Positions 36,701-45,665 of a stretch of DNA of 64,000 nucleotides are shown here, one piece after another (position 1 is the first letter of the stretch; each line of letters opens with the position of its first letter). The stretch spans positions 121 to 64,120 of the IMG/VR virus record IMGVR_UViG_3300036857_000386, one strand, 5' to 3'. A program made the translations under genes and the position numbers. Under the pieces are notes generated by a model. That model did not search any database and was not told where the DNA came from. It worked only from the letters and a program-made list of their open reading frames with translations. The DNA comes from a virus. Lineage: Duplodnaviria > Caudoviricetes.

Positions 36701-38239
36701 CTCATGCTCGCCAACCGTGGTCTCGATGTCTTCGGGCGCCAGCGTCTCGGACAGCGTCTCACGGATGTCGAACTCGCCGGGCTGCTCTTCTTCCTCCTCG
36801 ACCGGAGCTGCGACGGGAGCGGCAGGCTGCGCCACCGGCGTTCCGGTCAGCACCGTGCCGATGTCGGGCGGCACCTGGCCGGGCTGGACCACGGTCGTGC
36901 CGGCGGCCGGCGCGACGACCGGCGCCGTCGCCGGAGACGGCGGCTTGGCCTCGGTGCGCGGATCGGTCGGCGCCACCGGCACCTGGACCGGCGGCTGTGG
37001 CGGCTGCTTCTCCGCGCCCTCGGGCTGCTTGGGCTCGGTGATGGCGGTGTCGCCGGGCGTGGACTCGCCGGCTTCCGGGGTCACCGCGGCTGGCGTGCCC
37101 TCGGTCTCGGCGGGCGCCGCCACGTCGGGGATGTCGTCGATCTTGTCCGGCTCTTCCTCGCCCTCGTCCTTGACGGGCGCGGTGGCGATCTCGGCGCCGC
37201 CGGTGGCGGTGCGCACCGCCGGCCCGAAGATGGCGCCGACCAGGCCAGCCTGCAGCGTCTGCTCGGCCAGCTCCCACCAGTCCATGCCTTTCTGCGTGAA
37301 GGCATGCTCGCCGGAATACTGCGCCGCCTGCTGCGCGGCCTCCGTGGCGCCCTCGGTGGCCAGCGTCTTCAAAAGCTCGGCGGGCAGCTGCTTGAGTTCA
37401 GTCAGCGCCGCCTCGCCGACGCCGAGCAGCTTCTCGGTGCCGAACTTCTCCATCCACGCCGAAATAGTGGCGGCCGGCAGTGCCTTGATAATGTCGCCGA
37501 AGGTCGGCTCGGCGCGGCCCTCGTTCTTGGCACGCTCGCCGCCGATCTCGCCGGCCTGCTCGACGACATAGACCGGTGCGTTCTTGACCGCCGCGATCAT
37601 GTCGGGAATCGACACCAGGCCCTGCTCGATGGCGAACGGCACAATGTTGGTGAAGGGCGCGTTCTTGACGTCCTTCCAGGTGGTGCGCGGGTCGTAACCG
37701 AAGTCGGGGTCGGTCATACCCTTCTCGACTTCAAGCAGCTTCTGTGTCAGCCAAAGCTGGCTGCTCTTGGCTTCCTCCGGCGTCTGCCTGCGCCACGAGA
37801 TATTGCCGTCGGCGTCCCACACCGGCTTGCCGAGGTTCTGGTCGAGCCAGTCACCGGCACCTTCGACGATGCGTCCAATGGTGCCTGCTGTGCCACCGAC
37901 CAGCTCGACGCCGCGCTCGCCGACACCCTTGGCGACGTTGGTCAGCCAGTCGTCCGGGATGTTGTCGATAGTGATCGGCTTTTCCGGCTCGGCGAACGGA
38001 TCGTAGTCGAGCGGGATCAGGCCGGTGGCCGGCTTGGCCTTCTTCTCCGGCTCGCCGGCGTATTCGACGGTCGGCAGCTCCGGTGCAACCGGAATGACGT
38101 AGTCGGGTTTCTCCTGCTCAGCGGGAGCAGGTTGAGGCGGGGCTAATGCCGGTTGCGCATCCGGCTGCGACCCCGCCTCTTCCGTGGTCGTCTCCTCGTC
38201 CGCAAACGGATCGTAGTCGAGTGGGATGAGGTCGGCCAT
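30782..38239 (-). CDS. 2485-aa internal virion/ejection protein with a zincin-like domain
   Basis: Position after the tail-lysozyme protein; HEMTH...EFVAEAF; long Pro/Ala-rich linker. Confidence 0.8.
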   Translation of the reverse strand: MADLIPLDYDPFADEETTTEEAGSQPDAQPALAPPQPAPAEQEKPDYVIPVAPELPTVEYAGEPEKKAKPATGLIPLDYDPFAEPEKPITIDNIPDDWLTNVAKGVGERGVELVGGTAGTIGRIVEGAGDWLDQNLGKPVWDADGNISWRRQTPEEAKSSQLWLTQKLLEVEKGMTDPDFGYDPRTTWKDVKNAPFTNIVPFAIEQGLVSIPDMIAAVKNAPVYVVEQAGEIGGERAKNEGRAEPTFGDIIKALPAATISAWMEKFGTEKLLGVGEAALTELKQLPAELLKTLATEGATEAAQQAAQYSGEHAFTQKGMDWWELAEQTLQAGLVGAIFGPAVRTATGGAEIATAPVKDEGEEEPDKIDDIPDVAAPAETEGTPAAVTPEAGESTPGDTAITEPKQPEGAEKQPPQPPVQVPVAPTDPRTEAKPPSPATAPVVAPAAGTTVVQPGQVPPDIGTVLTGTPVAQPAAPVAAPVEEEEEQPGEFDIRETLSETLAPEDIETTVGEHEARLRDMFREELEAEHAQEQRAAATKISTPDEDIAAALRTQPAAVAQPETLGTGQAISPIASQPGPTEEAIVTAPEAAPAAVAAPPPVTPAAMEQAQPATAAVPREAGLEARPPAPDETVSQVAAPREPSPGSLAAFTAAPAPAAPDERALAAAVRGEAAPPSVQPQAAPVTVGEPQAVEPVAVPQPGAKGEKFKRKKKVEVTIPKKAAPATELLRRGEVIAAPSVQPGPEIAPAAAPEARAGPPRTNLSRDAARHARDADRLLKSTVSELPEFHGTAEDVAADVVARLRKDNPGMSPREIIAKAEPEIAAEVESRLSEKKEAADEARIREEEHRNVSARRATERAEKKAERERKLREGKPQELERTGKKKGKSAEGLRHETEEATLRAYAKELKKPPEQRDKLLMEWGQEHHKQTKLKKNPPPEELEEVERKRAEHKARKAEIQEQRAVALEEAEEGRAGLKPERAAVRDQVKTVLAAHPLPKVPENATDVAVNNVMVDHLNAFRQAVRDAKIPLADHIDRTHQSMEENLAIVAKYVSTNPKARLKPHDFMMLQLFAETGADEDFYGLATNEQLMGSGYEEASGDHGTTPERAWSESEDITHVAGKHVEEEGEAATLSPDEQALLRSGRVETREREAARRRREKAGERDVRQITVMRPTDSSNVTVTARTQKGSAVLRDVHRLLKADNPRGFLAMLQNAHVRHLTQLVGDIDVHFVSDADIKKLYGKAGAPQGLYFNYTPAQRVAGQRPQVFINEEVQFFPDDYAHTVLHEMTHAATSLAIRLNLRGTSNIMAGLRRSFHAQLTPELQEEFSHAFLNEAEFVAEAFSNPRFQRLLASINVPPSIRHKIPGLTPGRGPSWWSAFTAAVSNAIGMIRGERGQTYMEKVVSLLPELTYSEAGQRVLAREAVARDKSGGFQPAIPKHPVADVEALLRNFNQLAGAAKSRADNLATPEGRRARDVLSTTGEQIRRSGELFGGEGNVLERLYRWHLKREPLRAKYRKNPAPHINSEKLEVDQARLRRTNRRMYDRLNDVLHEASRYRVDPTVPLSNPVNKHISKKGVRNEQARAMHARLAKEWAALSPEAKKVGLDTIRHFRATADMTSRGIIRNALVNAQNKYGGKLPAGKTIDDAVNWVMSGAAARDPANQTQEDKDYHAALGKTATSLADVPQVRSVQGVYVPFMRKGKYFISVTERPFGTMANPKNLPAGAVMDAENRLLFKDEKQARAFADSHPIQVKLNIMWVDPLTGKKTTSTGSYAHPTKPNVLVTPKKLFVATVQNKRVEMSDNHTQLVNRARELAAQGHHSSDTGITRTHLNDAIRQIVPAEISRLAKNMEQTTLGQTTVGQQAMQDALYDAYIRSLTTPGALARGLRRSGVLGEQRDLVFSTRDYNRDFAHHMANLEMAPQLAAADKAVEDYIRAQQHIEPPGTGLTAIRQAMAAEARNRIRGWNGDAHNGKLSRVADAVKEVLFLFHLFSPHYWVMQAVQPYMTTIPVLNGKYGPGATSRELGRAYALGGGKGFGVGFREMGRQTMGLKPGEAPPSFDNDQWWKYQIRNEPDAAELADVFDEVAGLGFGAQSGIEAPSVSELDKSWFEKGLGRIMNVAKALPESIEGVNRYATATATYRLARRSGKSHESAKREAVLTVEETQGGYGAANNPTFFQNKWLSPFLTFKKYSLSYGQLFYRNLAHAFGGGPQGRKQAIKTVAWLMGTTISLAGVYGLPLVEPLRMLANIASVAFGTPEWDDLENYMQQWLSSMIAWASGSKTLGNALAEANTRGWTRLAGIDTSNTFGADSLLMFGQPKKLEKESVYAWLGKAVFGAPGGMLIDSGSALVNGDIAGAIPWPKLIGNIIKARELATYGNVSKKTGEVYNEPSYGAALSQALGFRPAEAAREFEAGGGATQRRAEGEMRGRRQNLMARWRNAGGSERQRIFREDIQAFNRANPKDRITMGNLIRSKKSAAQRKRERERES

Positions 38240-38242
38240 CTG

Positions 38243-41200
38243 TCATTCCTGCGCCGAGATCGCGAAGTTCTCGCCGTTACGGCTCACCACCCAGATCGGA
38301 TTGCCCTGCCTGTCCTTGCCGGGCTTGACGACGTCGCCGGCCTGCTTGCCAGCGTATTCGGTCGGCGGCTTGTCGCCGACGCGCGCCATGGCGTTGGCAG
38401 CTGGCGCCTTGTATTTGAACTGTGAAGCGTCGTAGCCGAGATCGGAAAAAGTCTTGGCGCGGTCGGCCTGCGGCAGCGCATCCCACAGCCGCGACAGCTT
38501 GTCGTTGATCTGGTCCTGGTCCTCGCTGGCAACGGCGTCGGCGGCCGCGCCCATCAGCGGATTGACCGTGTCCCAGTTCACGTCCTTGCGGGTCTCGGCT
38601 AGTTTCTCGGCGCGGGTGATCGCCGCATCGCGCAGACGACGGCGATCGTTCTCCTTGGATTCGCGGCCTTCCTTGGCAAGCTCGGCCTCGGCCTTGGCCT
38701 TGGCTTCGGCGATCTTGGTCTCGCTCTCGCGCTTTTCCTTTTCCAGCTCGCGCTGCGCCTTGCGCTCCTCCTCGCCGCGAGCGCGGGTCTCTTCGCGGGT
38801 CTCCTTCTCCAGGCCTTCCTTGGTCTCCAGCTCGTGGCGGCGCGTCCACTCCTCGCTCTCGGCGCCCTGGCGCTGCTTGGCGCGGTAGCCCTCGGGATCG
38901 GCAAGCTGCATGATCTGCTGCCAGTACAAGCTCTTGTTCTGCACGCCCTGGATGATACCGGGCAGCTGCTCGGCGGTGATCGGCACGTTCTCGGTTTCGC
39001 CGTTCTCGTTGACCTTGGAGACCACCAGCTGCCTGGTCTCGGGATCGATGGCGACGTCGAGCGAGCCGCCGTCGGGGATCATCTCGTAGGCCTTTTCGAG
39101 AAGGTGCGTGGTGTTCTCAAGATGCCTGGGATCGTTGCTTGCCAGGTACTGCTTGTAGGCAGCGGCGGCGAGCGAGCCGAGCTGCGCGGTGCGCTGCGCG
39201 CCGTACTGCATGAGCCCGGCGGCGGCAGCCTCGGCGTCGTCCTTGCGGCCGTGCGCCAGATACCACTGCACGGTCTTGGCGATGCGCTGCATCTGGCGAT
39301 CGCCCTCGGCCATCTGCCGGTCGGGGTCGACCTTATCGTCGATGCCGTTGATCTCGTCGGGCGTGGTGGCGCCCTCGCCCTCGGCGAAGCGGCGGGCGCC
39401 GTCGGCCGATGCTTGGTTACCCTCGGGGGTGGCGATGGCACCATCCTGGCCGAGCCCGAAGGCGCGGGTCAGGAACCTGACGCCGCCATCGAGCGCCTGG
39501 GCGACGTGGTCGAGCAGCAGCGGCGTCGGCTTGTAGCGGTGCTTGCGCTCGGCGTCGTCGATGCTGCCGGTGGTCTCGTCGGACACCGGCGCCGCCTGCA
39601 CGCCGGGACTGCCGCCGCGCCACTGCTCGCCCATGCCGGGCTCGGGAATGACGCCGCCCTCCTGGAATCCGTAGAAGTCCTTCTGCGCTGCCTTGTCGGA
39701 GCGGTCCGGGCCGATCACCTCATAGCCGGTGATATGGCCCTGCGGGTCGAAGATCGGCCGCATCGCGCGGTCGCGCGGGATCGGCTCGCCATTGGCATCG
39801 AGCGGCAGCGGGTTGCCGTTGGGGTCGTAGAAGCGCGCCTCGTCGCCTTTCGGCACGATGCGGCCCTGGCGGCCGGTCTGCATGTCGCGCGACACCTTCT
39901 GCGCGGCGGTCGGCTCGCCGAGCACCTTCTGCGGGTCGGTCTCGGGCACCACGGGCGGCGGCAGGTCGGGGATGACGGGCGCCGTGGTGCGGCCGCTGAC
40001 GCCGAGATACGGCTCGGTCGGACCGGGCGACGGCACGGTGACGCCGGTCGCGGCCTGCGGCGTGATGGGCGACGGCTGGGTCACGCCGGTCGCCGCTTGG
40101 GGAGGTATGGGCGACGGCTGCGTGACACCAGTCGCCGCTTGCGGCGGTATCGGCGACGGCACAGTGACGCCGGTCGCCGCCTGCGGGGTGATGTCGGGCG
40201 TTGTCGAAGAGGTGGTCTCGTCGGGACGCGGCTCGGGGCGCGGCGCCTTCCTGGGCAGCTTGACGCCACCGCCGCCGCCACTCCTCGGTTTCGGCGCGGC
40301 TCTGCGCGGCGTTTGCTTCCAGTAGTCGCCGCCATAGGCGGTCGAGGAAACGCCGCGCTCGCGGATGTTGAGACGGCGCGCCACGGCGTCACGAGCGGTG
40401 TCGCCGGTCGAACGGCCGGCGCTGCCACGCCGCTCCTCCTCGTGGACCAGGCGGTTGAACTCCTCCCTGGAGACGTGACCGCCGCGCTGGAACGACTGCG
40501 TCGGCTCGGGAATGACGCCGCCCTCCTGGAACCTACCGGGGTTGGCGTTGCGCCATGCCGACAGCTGCTGCTCGTAGTTCTGCCAGGCGGCGCTCTGATG
40601 CGGCACGCCGCTCCTGCCGCGCGTCGCATTGCCGGCGTAGTAGCCGGCTTCCGAATAGGCCGACGGCAGCTGCGGCGCTCGTGGGCGTGCCGCGGGCACC
40701 GCCGGAGCAGGCGCCGCAGCGACGGGTTTCGGCTTGGCCTGCTGCGCGGCAAGCCTGTCCTGAGCCTGCTTAAAGGCGAGCTGTGAGGGGGTCAGCCCGT
40801 TGACCAGCTGCAGGCCCGTCGCTGCGGCAGCTCCGGCCGGAGCCTGGCCGACACGCCGCGGCGTGAAGGTCGGCTTGGGGCTCGGCACGATCTGCTGGGT
40901 GTAGTTGCGGAACCGCGAATACTTATCGACGCCGCCGACATTCGAGGGATTGGCCGGATTGCCGGGCGGCACGACCGGCTGGCCGCCGGTCTGGAAGCGC
41001 TGCGGCTCGGGCAGCACGCCGCCGGTCTGCGCGAATGTCGTGCCCTGCATCCATTCCTCCTCGGGCTGCACCAGGGTCGGCGCGAATGCGACCTGCTCGG
41101 GCTCGGGAATGGCGACGCCCGCATCCGGGCTGAGCGGCGTCGCGTCGGCGCTCTGCTGGGTCTCGTCCTTGCTGGTGTCGAGGGTCGGCTCTTCGGTCGC

Positions 41201-41935
41201 CGGCTTCTCGGTGGCAGCGGCCGCCGCCGGCTTCTCCGGCATTGCCGGACCGTAGTCACGCTTGATCGGCGCAATGCCGGCGATCTTGTCGGCCCAGCTG
41301 TAGCGACCGCCGAGATTGACCTTGCCGGGTCGCAGGAAACCGGTCTTGTCGGCGGCGCTGCCGGTGAAGATGCGGGTTGCATCGCGGATCGTCTTGGCAC
41401 CGCGGAGCTGGTCGAGGATCTTGCCCTCGTCGGTGTTCTGCAGCTCGTGCTTGAGGAAGCCGTAGTTGGCGGCGTAGCTCTTCGGATCGAAGCCCTGCTC
41501 CTGCGCCCAATGGGCGAACGCCACGCGGCGCGGCCCGGTCCATTGCGCATAGCCCCAGCCGCCCTGCGTCCCTGGAATGGTCGGCGCCAGCTCCTGCAGC
41601 TGCTTGAAACCGCCGGATTCGGCGGCGAGCGAGGCGACGATGCCGCCCGCCTCGATGTCGTTGAGGCCGAAGTCGCGCATCAGGTCGCCCTTCAGGCGGC
41701 CGGCGATCTCGCTGGTGTCGTTGTCAACGGCACCGGTCTTGGAAGGATCCGTGCCAGGGCTCGCCTCGGGGATCGCGGTCGAGCCCGGCGTAATGCCTGG
41801 ATATGGATCGGTATCCTTGTCGCTCGGCGCGCCGTAGCGCTCGCGCTCCAGCTTGCGCTTTTCACGGTCGCCGATGATCTTCTCGCCGGCCTGGTAGCCT
41901 TCGATGAAGTCCTTCATTTCCCCTCGGAACGACAC
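38243..41935 (-). CDS. Internal virion protein with N-terminal phage tail lysozyme domain
   Basis: GIVASLAAESGG...GYAQWTGPRR; FQxGG repeats. Confidence 0.8.
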   Translation of the reverse strand: MSFRGEMKDFIEGYQAGEKIIGDREKRKLERERYGAPSDKDTDPYPGITPGSTAIPEASPGTDPSKTGAVDNDTSEIAGRLKGDLMRDFGLNDIEAGGIVASLAAESGGFKQLQELAPTIPGTQGGWGYAQWTGPRRVAFAHWAQEQGFDPKSYAANYGFLKHELQNTDEGKILDQLRGAKTIRDATRIFTGSAADKTGFLRPGKVNLGGRYSWADKIAGIAPIKRDYGPAMPEKPAAAAATEKPATEEPTLDTSKDETQQSADATPLSPDAGVAIPEPEQVAFAPTLVQPEEEWMQGTTFAQTGGVLPEPQRFQTGGQPVVPPGNPANPSNVGGVDKYSRFRNYTQQIVPSPKPTFTPRRVGQAPAGAAAATGLQLVNGLTPSQLAFKQAQDRLAAQQAKPKPVAAAPAPAVPAARPRAPQLPSAYSEAGYYAGNATRGRSGVPHQSAAWQNYEQQLSAWRNANPGRFQEGGVIPEPTQSFQRGGHVSREEFNRLVHEEERRGSAGRSTGDTARDAVARRLNIRERGVSSTAYGGDYWKQTPRRAAPKPRSGGGGGVKLPRKAPRPEPRPDETTSSTTPDITPQAATGVTVPSPIPPQAATGVTQPSPIPPQAATGVTQPSPITPQAATGVTVPSPGPTEPYLGVSGRTTAPVIPDLPPPVVPETDPQKVLGEPTAAQKVSRDMQTGRQGRIVPKGDEARFYDPNGNPLPLDANGEPIPRDRAMRPIFDPQGHITGYEVIGPDRSDKAAQKDFYGFQEGGVIPEPGMGEQWRGGSPGVQAAPVSDETTGSIDDAERKHRYKPTPLLLDHVAQALDGGVRFLTRAFGLGQDGAIATPEGNQASADGARRFAEGEGATTPDEINGIDDKVDPDRQMAEGDRQMQRIAKTVQWYLAHGRKDDAEAAAAGLMQYGAQRTAQLGSLAAAAYKQYLASNDPRHLENTTHLLEKAYEMIPDGGSLDVAIDPETRQLVVSKVNENGETENVPITAEQLPGIIQGVQNKSLYWQQIMQLADPEGYRAKQRQGAESEEWTRRHELETKEGLEKETREETRARGEEERKAQRELEKEKRESETKIAEAKAKAEAELAKEGRESKENDRRRLRDAAITRAEKLAETRKDVNWDTVNPLMGAAADAVASEDQDQINDKLSRLWDALPQADRAKTFSDLGYDASQFKYKAPAANAMARVGDKPPTEYAGKQAGDVVKPGKDRQGNPIWVVSRNGENFAISAQE
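40026..40192 (-). repeat. Four 42-bp tandem repeats, I[TP]PQAATGVT[VQ]PSP
   Basis: GGCGACGGC at 40026, 40068, 40110, 40152. Confidence 0.9.
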
Positions 41936-41936
41936 C

Positions 41937-42125
41937 CTACCCTCCTTTGCCCTTGCCGAGCCCTTTCAGGGTTTTCGCCAGTCGTGCCTGCTTGCCGACC
42001 TTGCCCTTCTGCTTGGCGGCCGCTTCGATCTTCGAGGACGGGATCTTCTGGCCCTCGGGGACGCCGAGACTGCGGTGTAGGCCGCCCTTGTTCTTGACCG
42101 CTCCGGCGATCCAGTTCTTAGCCAT
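41937..42125 (-). CDS. Small basic phage protein (NWIAGAVKNKGGLHRSLGVP)
   Basis: GGAGGAG RBS; Lys-rich. Confidence 0.75.
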   Translation of the reverse strand: MAKNWIAGAVKNKGGLHRSLGVPEGQKIPSSKIEAAAKQKGKVGKQARLAKTLKGLGKGKGG

Positions 42126-42134
42126 GGTCTCCTC

Positions 42135-43247
42135 CTACGGGATGGCGCCGACGCTATCGACCGGCATTGGCGGCCCGGTCTCGGGCTGTGCCGGCCGCTC
42201 GCCATTGGCGCCGGTCATCTCCTTGCGCGCCTTCAGGATCATCTGCTGCAGGCCCTTCTCGCCCATCCACTTGGTGACGTCCTCGGGGATCACGAACTCG
42301 CCAGCGCTGAGCTGCGCCGGAGCCTGGCCATCGATCTCGGCGGGGATGTCGTCGGGGATGGCGCCGCCCGACGGCGACGCCTCCGGCGGGATCATGGTGC
42401 CGGTGTCGTCGGGAATGGCGCCGCCTTCGGCGAAACCGAACGCCTTGCCGAGCAGGCTGGCGCCCATGCCGAGCGCCGAACCCCATCCCGACGATGAATC
42501 CTGGTCCGCCTTGAAGCGGTCCATGGCATTCGAGAAGCCGGTATTGAGGATATTGCCCCACTGGCCGATCGCCTGGTTACCCAGGCCCTGCCATTGCGAC
42601 CCGGTGCCCAGCGTCTGCGCGCCGGACGCCGTCGTCGCCAGGCCGGTATTGGCAGCCTGGTTGCCGGATTGCCCGGCGCCGGCCATCGACGCCTGGATCT
42701 GGCCGGGATAGCCGCGGCCTACGTTAATCGCCTCAGACCGGAGAGCGCGCCCGATATTCTCAGTCTGTGTGCGCGCCTGATTACCCGCCGAAGCCTGGGC
42801 GGCAGCTTCCGCGATGCGCGTTCCGAGATCGAGCGCACCAGCGCGCGTCTGCGAAGGGTCGACCCCGAATCCCTCAAGACGGTCCTGAGCCGTCTGGCGA
42901 GCCGCCTCGAACTGGGCAGCAACGTCGGCCTCGGCCTTGCCGGCCTCCTGCTCCATGCGTTCTGGGCTGGCGTAAGATTCCGCTTCATAGGCGAGCTGCT
43001 CCTCCAGCGGCTGGTAGATCTGCTCGTACCTGGCACGGTCGCGCGCCGCGTCGGCCTGTTGCTGGTCGAGCATGCCGAGCGCCTTGTTGACGACGACGTC
43101 GGACAGCGCCTTGTTCTCGGCGTAGGTCTTCTCGGCCCAGTCCTGCTGCCTGGTGGCGAGATTGTAGGCGTAGTTCGCGGACTTCTCGGAGGCTGCCGCC
43201 AGCGGCCCGTAATCAGGCGCCTTGGGCGCTTTTGCCTTACCACCCAC
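42135..43247 (-). CDS. Putative DNA-ejection/pilot protein
   Basis: MGGK..APKAPDY start; Ala/Gln-rich; follows the GNAT gene. Confidence 0.7.
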   Translation of the reverse strand: MGGKAKAPKAPDYGPLAAASEKSANYAYNLATRQQDWAEKTYAENKALSDVVVNKALGMLDQQQADAARDRARYEQIYQPLEEQLAYEAESYASPERMEQEAGKAEADVAAQFEAARQTAQDRLEGFGVDPSQTRAGALDLGTRIAEAAAQASAGNQARTQTENIGRALRSEAINVGRGYPGQIQASMAGAGQSGNQAANTGLATTASGAQTLGTGSQWQGLGNQAIGQWGNILNTGFSNAMDRFKADQDSSSGWGSALGMGASLLGKAFGFAEGGAIPDDTGTMIPPEASPSGGAIPDDIPAEIDGQAPAQLSAGEFVIPEDVTKWMGEKGLQQMILKARKEMTGANGERPAQPETGPPMPVDSVGAIP

Positions 43248-43248
43248 T

Positions 43249-43704
43249 TTAGTGCCTCCCTCGGTATAAAGGCTGGATAAATCTGGGCTTTATGGTCAGG
43301 AACCTGCAATCCTCGCGGTCCATCCGCATGACCATGCAGGCGATGTCTCCAGGGAATACTCCTTCGACACGAGCGACGTACCAGAAGCCAAGATTCTCGT
43401 TGAAGCTACGCGCGTGCTTGTTGTCTTCCGGCACCTGTCCGAAGATTCGTTTAACCCCAAGCTGGTTGAAGGGGTAGTCGAAAACGACGAACAGCATGTC
43501 CCGGTTGATCCAGTGCGGATCCCAGGAGCCCGAATGGATGGCGATCGACTCGCCGGTGTAGTGCGAGAAGATCACGCCGCCGAGCAAGACGTCGTTGTCC
43601 GATTTCCGGCAGATCGACATGCAGCTGACGGGATCGTAAGTGGTCCCGGCGCATGCGGCTATGGCGTAACCACAGTCGTGGTCGTTAAGGACGATGCGGC
43701 ACAA
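43249..43704 (-). CDS. GNAT-fold acetyltransferase-like virion assembly protein
   Basis: FDYPFNQLGVKRI...N......ENLGF. Confidence 0.8.
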   Translation of the reverse strand: MCRIVLNDHDCGYAIAACAGTTYDPVSCMSICRKSDNDVLLGGVIFSHYTGESIAIHSGSWDPHWINRDMLFVVFDYPFNQLGVKRIFGQVPEDNKHARSFNENLGFWYVARVEGVFPGDIACMVMRMDREDCRFLTIKPRFIQPLYRGRH

Positions 43705-43897
43705 CTCCTGGATCTACCTGTTCGGGTTTGATCAGGCCGAGCCTGATCAGGTCGCCCCACGTCACCGCGACGTCGTCGACTGAACCGCGCTGCCCGGCCA
43801 GCGATTCGACCAGCTCCTTGGTCGCCATCGCGGTGGCATGCAGCGAATCGAGCGTCGTGTAGGGTTCGGGGATGGTGGCCTGCGGGCGCCTAGACAT
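43685..43897 (-). CDS. Hypothetical virion-module protein
   Basis: KE.VE.L.GQRG...AVTW.DL..LG. Confidence 0.65.
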   Translation of the reverse strand: MSRRPQATIPEPYTTLDSLHATAMATKELVESLAGQRGSVDDVAVTWGDLIRLGLIKPEQVDPGVVPHRP

Positions 43898-45665
43898 TGC
43901 GCAGCTCCTTCACGCTTGAGGCGACGTGCAGCGAATAGACGGGGGCGCGGGCGCGGATCTCGAACTGCCAGATGTCGGACTTGAAGCCGGACGGCAGCCG
44001 CACCGGACGACCGTTGCGCGGCACCACCTGATCGTAGACGACCTGGCGGTTGGCATAGGCGCGAAACCTGACATGCTCGTTGGACGGCAACACCCCGGTG
44101 CCATAGCTGTTGTTGCTATAGCGGGCGTCGTCCCAATAGATCGCGTAGGCGCCGAAATTCTCCTCGAACTGATACTGGAATTCCTTGGATTTCCAGATTA
44201 CCGGCATAAGGTCGTCGGTCGGCGGATCCCAGCGCTGCACCATGCCTTCGAGGATGATGAACACCTCGCCCGACCAGAAGTCGTTGTTGAGCGCCTTGAC
44301 GTCGGCGAACTCGCTCAACTCGGTGAGCGCCACCTTGAGCGCCGTCGGATCGAGGAAAAAGCCCGAACGCGGCTCTGGGACCGGTGGCATGCGCGACGCC
44401 AGGTAGCCTTCCTGGTAGCGCACCGCACGCAGAAACTGTGGCGCATAACTTCGCACCCACTCGTCCTTGGTGATGAGATCCTTGGTGACGTTCTGGATAC
44501 CGCTCGGCCCGACCAGCATCAGACCGTTCTGCGAGGCATAGACGACGCCGTCGGGGGTCGACACGATCGAGCCTCGGCTCAGACATGGTTCGCCAGTCGT
44601 CGCCTTGGTGAACGAGCAGGTCGCCGGCTTCACACCGGTAATCGTCGCCGGATAGCCCTGCGTGCAGACCACGCAGGTCTGGCCGAGAATGCCCAGGCCG
44701 ACAATCGGCGTCTCGGTGGCCTGCTTGTACTCGGCGGGCCAGGCGTGCCAGCGGTAGGCTTCCGACATATAGACGTTGTTGCCCTTGAAACCGATCAGGA
44801 AGCCGTTGGGCATGGCGATCCAACCCTGCAGGTCGGCCGGCGGTGGTGCCCAGCTGGTACTCTCCAGGGTGAGATTGTTGACGATCACCGCGTCGGTCGA
44901 CTTCGAGCCGTCGTCGGCATAGGTGGTGGTCGCGGTGGCGACGGTGTTGACGAAATAGAACGTGGTCTGGCCGCTCGCCCCGGTGACGGTGCGGTAGAGC
45001 CGCTTCTCCTTCCAGGCCGGCTGGTTGGCGGCCGGAGCCGGCGGCACGACGATGTTGCCGATGTTCCAGATCGCGGTGGTGTTGCCGGAGCCGACCACCG
45101 GCAGCGACGGCGAGGATTCCTCGCCGAACTCGTTGACCCAGGTGTAGACGTAGGAGCGCGTCACCACTGGCGCGGCGCCGCCGGTGATCGAAGTGATGGT
45201 CGGCTTGTTGGGATTGTTGCCGGAGCCGTCATAGGCGTTCGACGGACCCGGCACGCCGAGCTTGTAGGCGGTCTGGCCGGCAAGCAGGCGGGCATAGGTG
45301 TTGAACATCGGCCCGGTGGTCGGCGAGCAGAAATAGTAGCGCTCGTAAGAATCCTCGACCAGCTGCCCCTTGAGGATGTCAGTGAACGGATCGGTGAACT
45401 GCAGCCACACGCTGTCGCCCAGATAACTGGGCGGCGGGACGACGCCGGGAAACGCCGGATCGCCGCCGGGCGTGCGCTTGGGAATACGGAAGACGCGGCG
45501 GGTGCCGACATTGATGGCGATAATGTCGACCGGCGGGCGGATGCCGCGCAGCTCCGAGCCGTACAGCCAGGTGTTAAACGCCGACGTCGCGAAATTGTCG
45601 GGCAGCGCGCGGTCGCCCTGCACAGGAACGACGCCGGAGAATTCCTGGACCCGCAACGTCGCCAT
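43890..45665 (-). CDS. Tail tube/nozzle (stabilisation) protein
   Basis: 591 aa, beta-rich; YVYTWV...GEES.PS, SE....HAWP, WKSKEF. Confidence 0.75.
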   Translation of the reverse strand: MATLRVQEFSGVVPVQGDRALPDNFATSAFNTWLYGSELRGIRPPVDIIAINVGTRRVFRIPKRTPGGDPAFPGVVPPPSYLGDSVWLQFTDPFTDILKGQLVEDSYERYYFCSPTTGPMFNTYARLLAGQTAYKLGVPGPSNAYDGSGNNPNKPTITSITGGAAPVVTRSYVYTWVNEFGEESSPSLPVVGSGNTTAIWNIGNIVVPPAPAANQPAWKEKRLYRTVTGASGQTTFYFVNTVATATTTYADDGSKSTDAVIVNNLTLESTSWAPPPADLQGWIAMPNGFLIGFKGNNVYMSEAYRWHAWPAEYKQATETPIVGLGILGQTCVVCTQGYPATITGVKPATCSFTKATTGEPCLSRGSIVSTPDGVVYASQNGLMLVGPSGIQNVTKDLITKDEWVRSYAPQFLRAVRYQEGYLASRMPPVPEPRSGFFLDPTALKVALTELSEFADVKALNNDFWSGEVFIILEGMVQRWDPPTDDLMPVIWKSKEFQYQFEENFGAYAIYWDDARYSNNSYGTGVLPSNEHVRFRAYANRQVVYDQVVPRNGRPVRLPSGFKSDIWQFEIRARAPVYSLHVASSVKELRNV

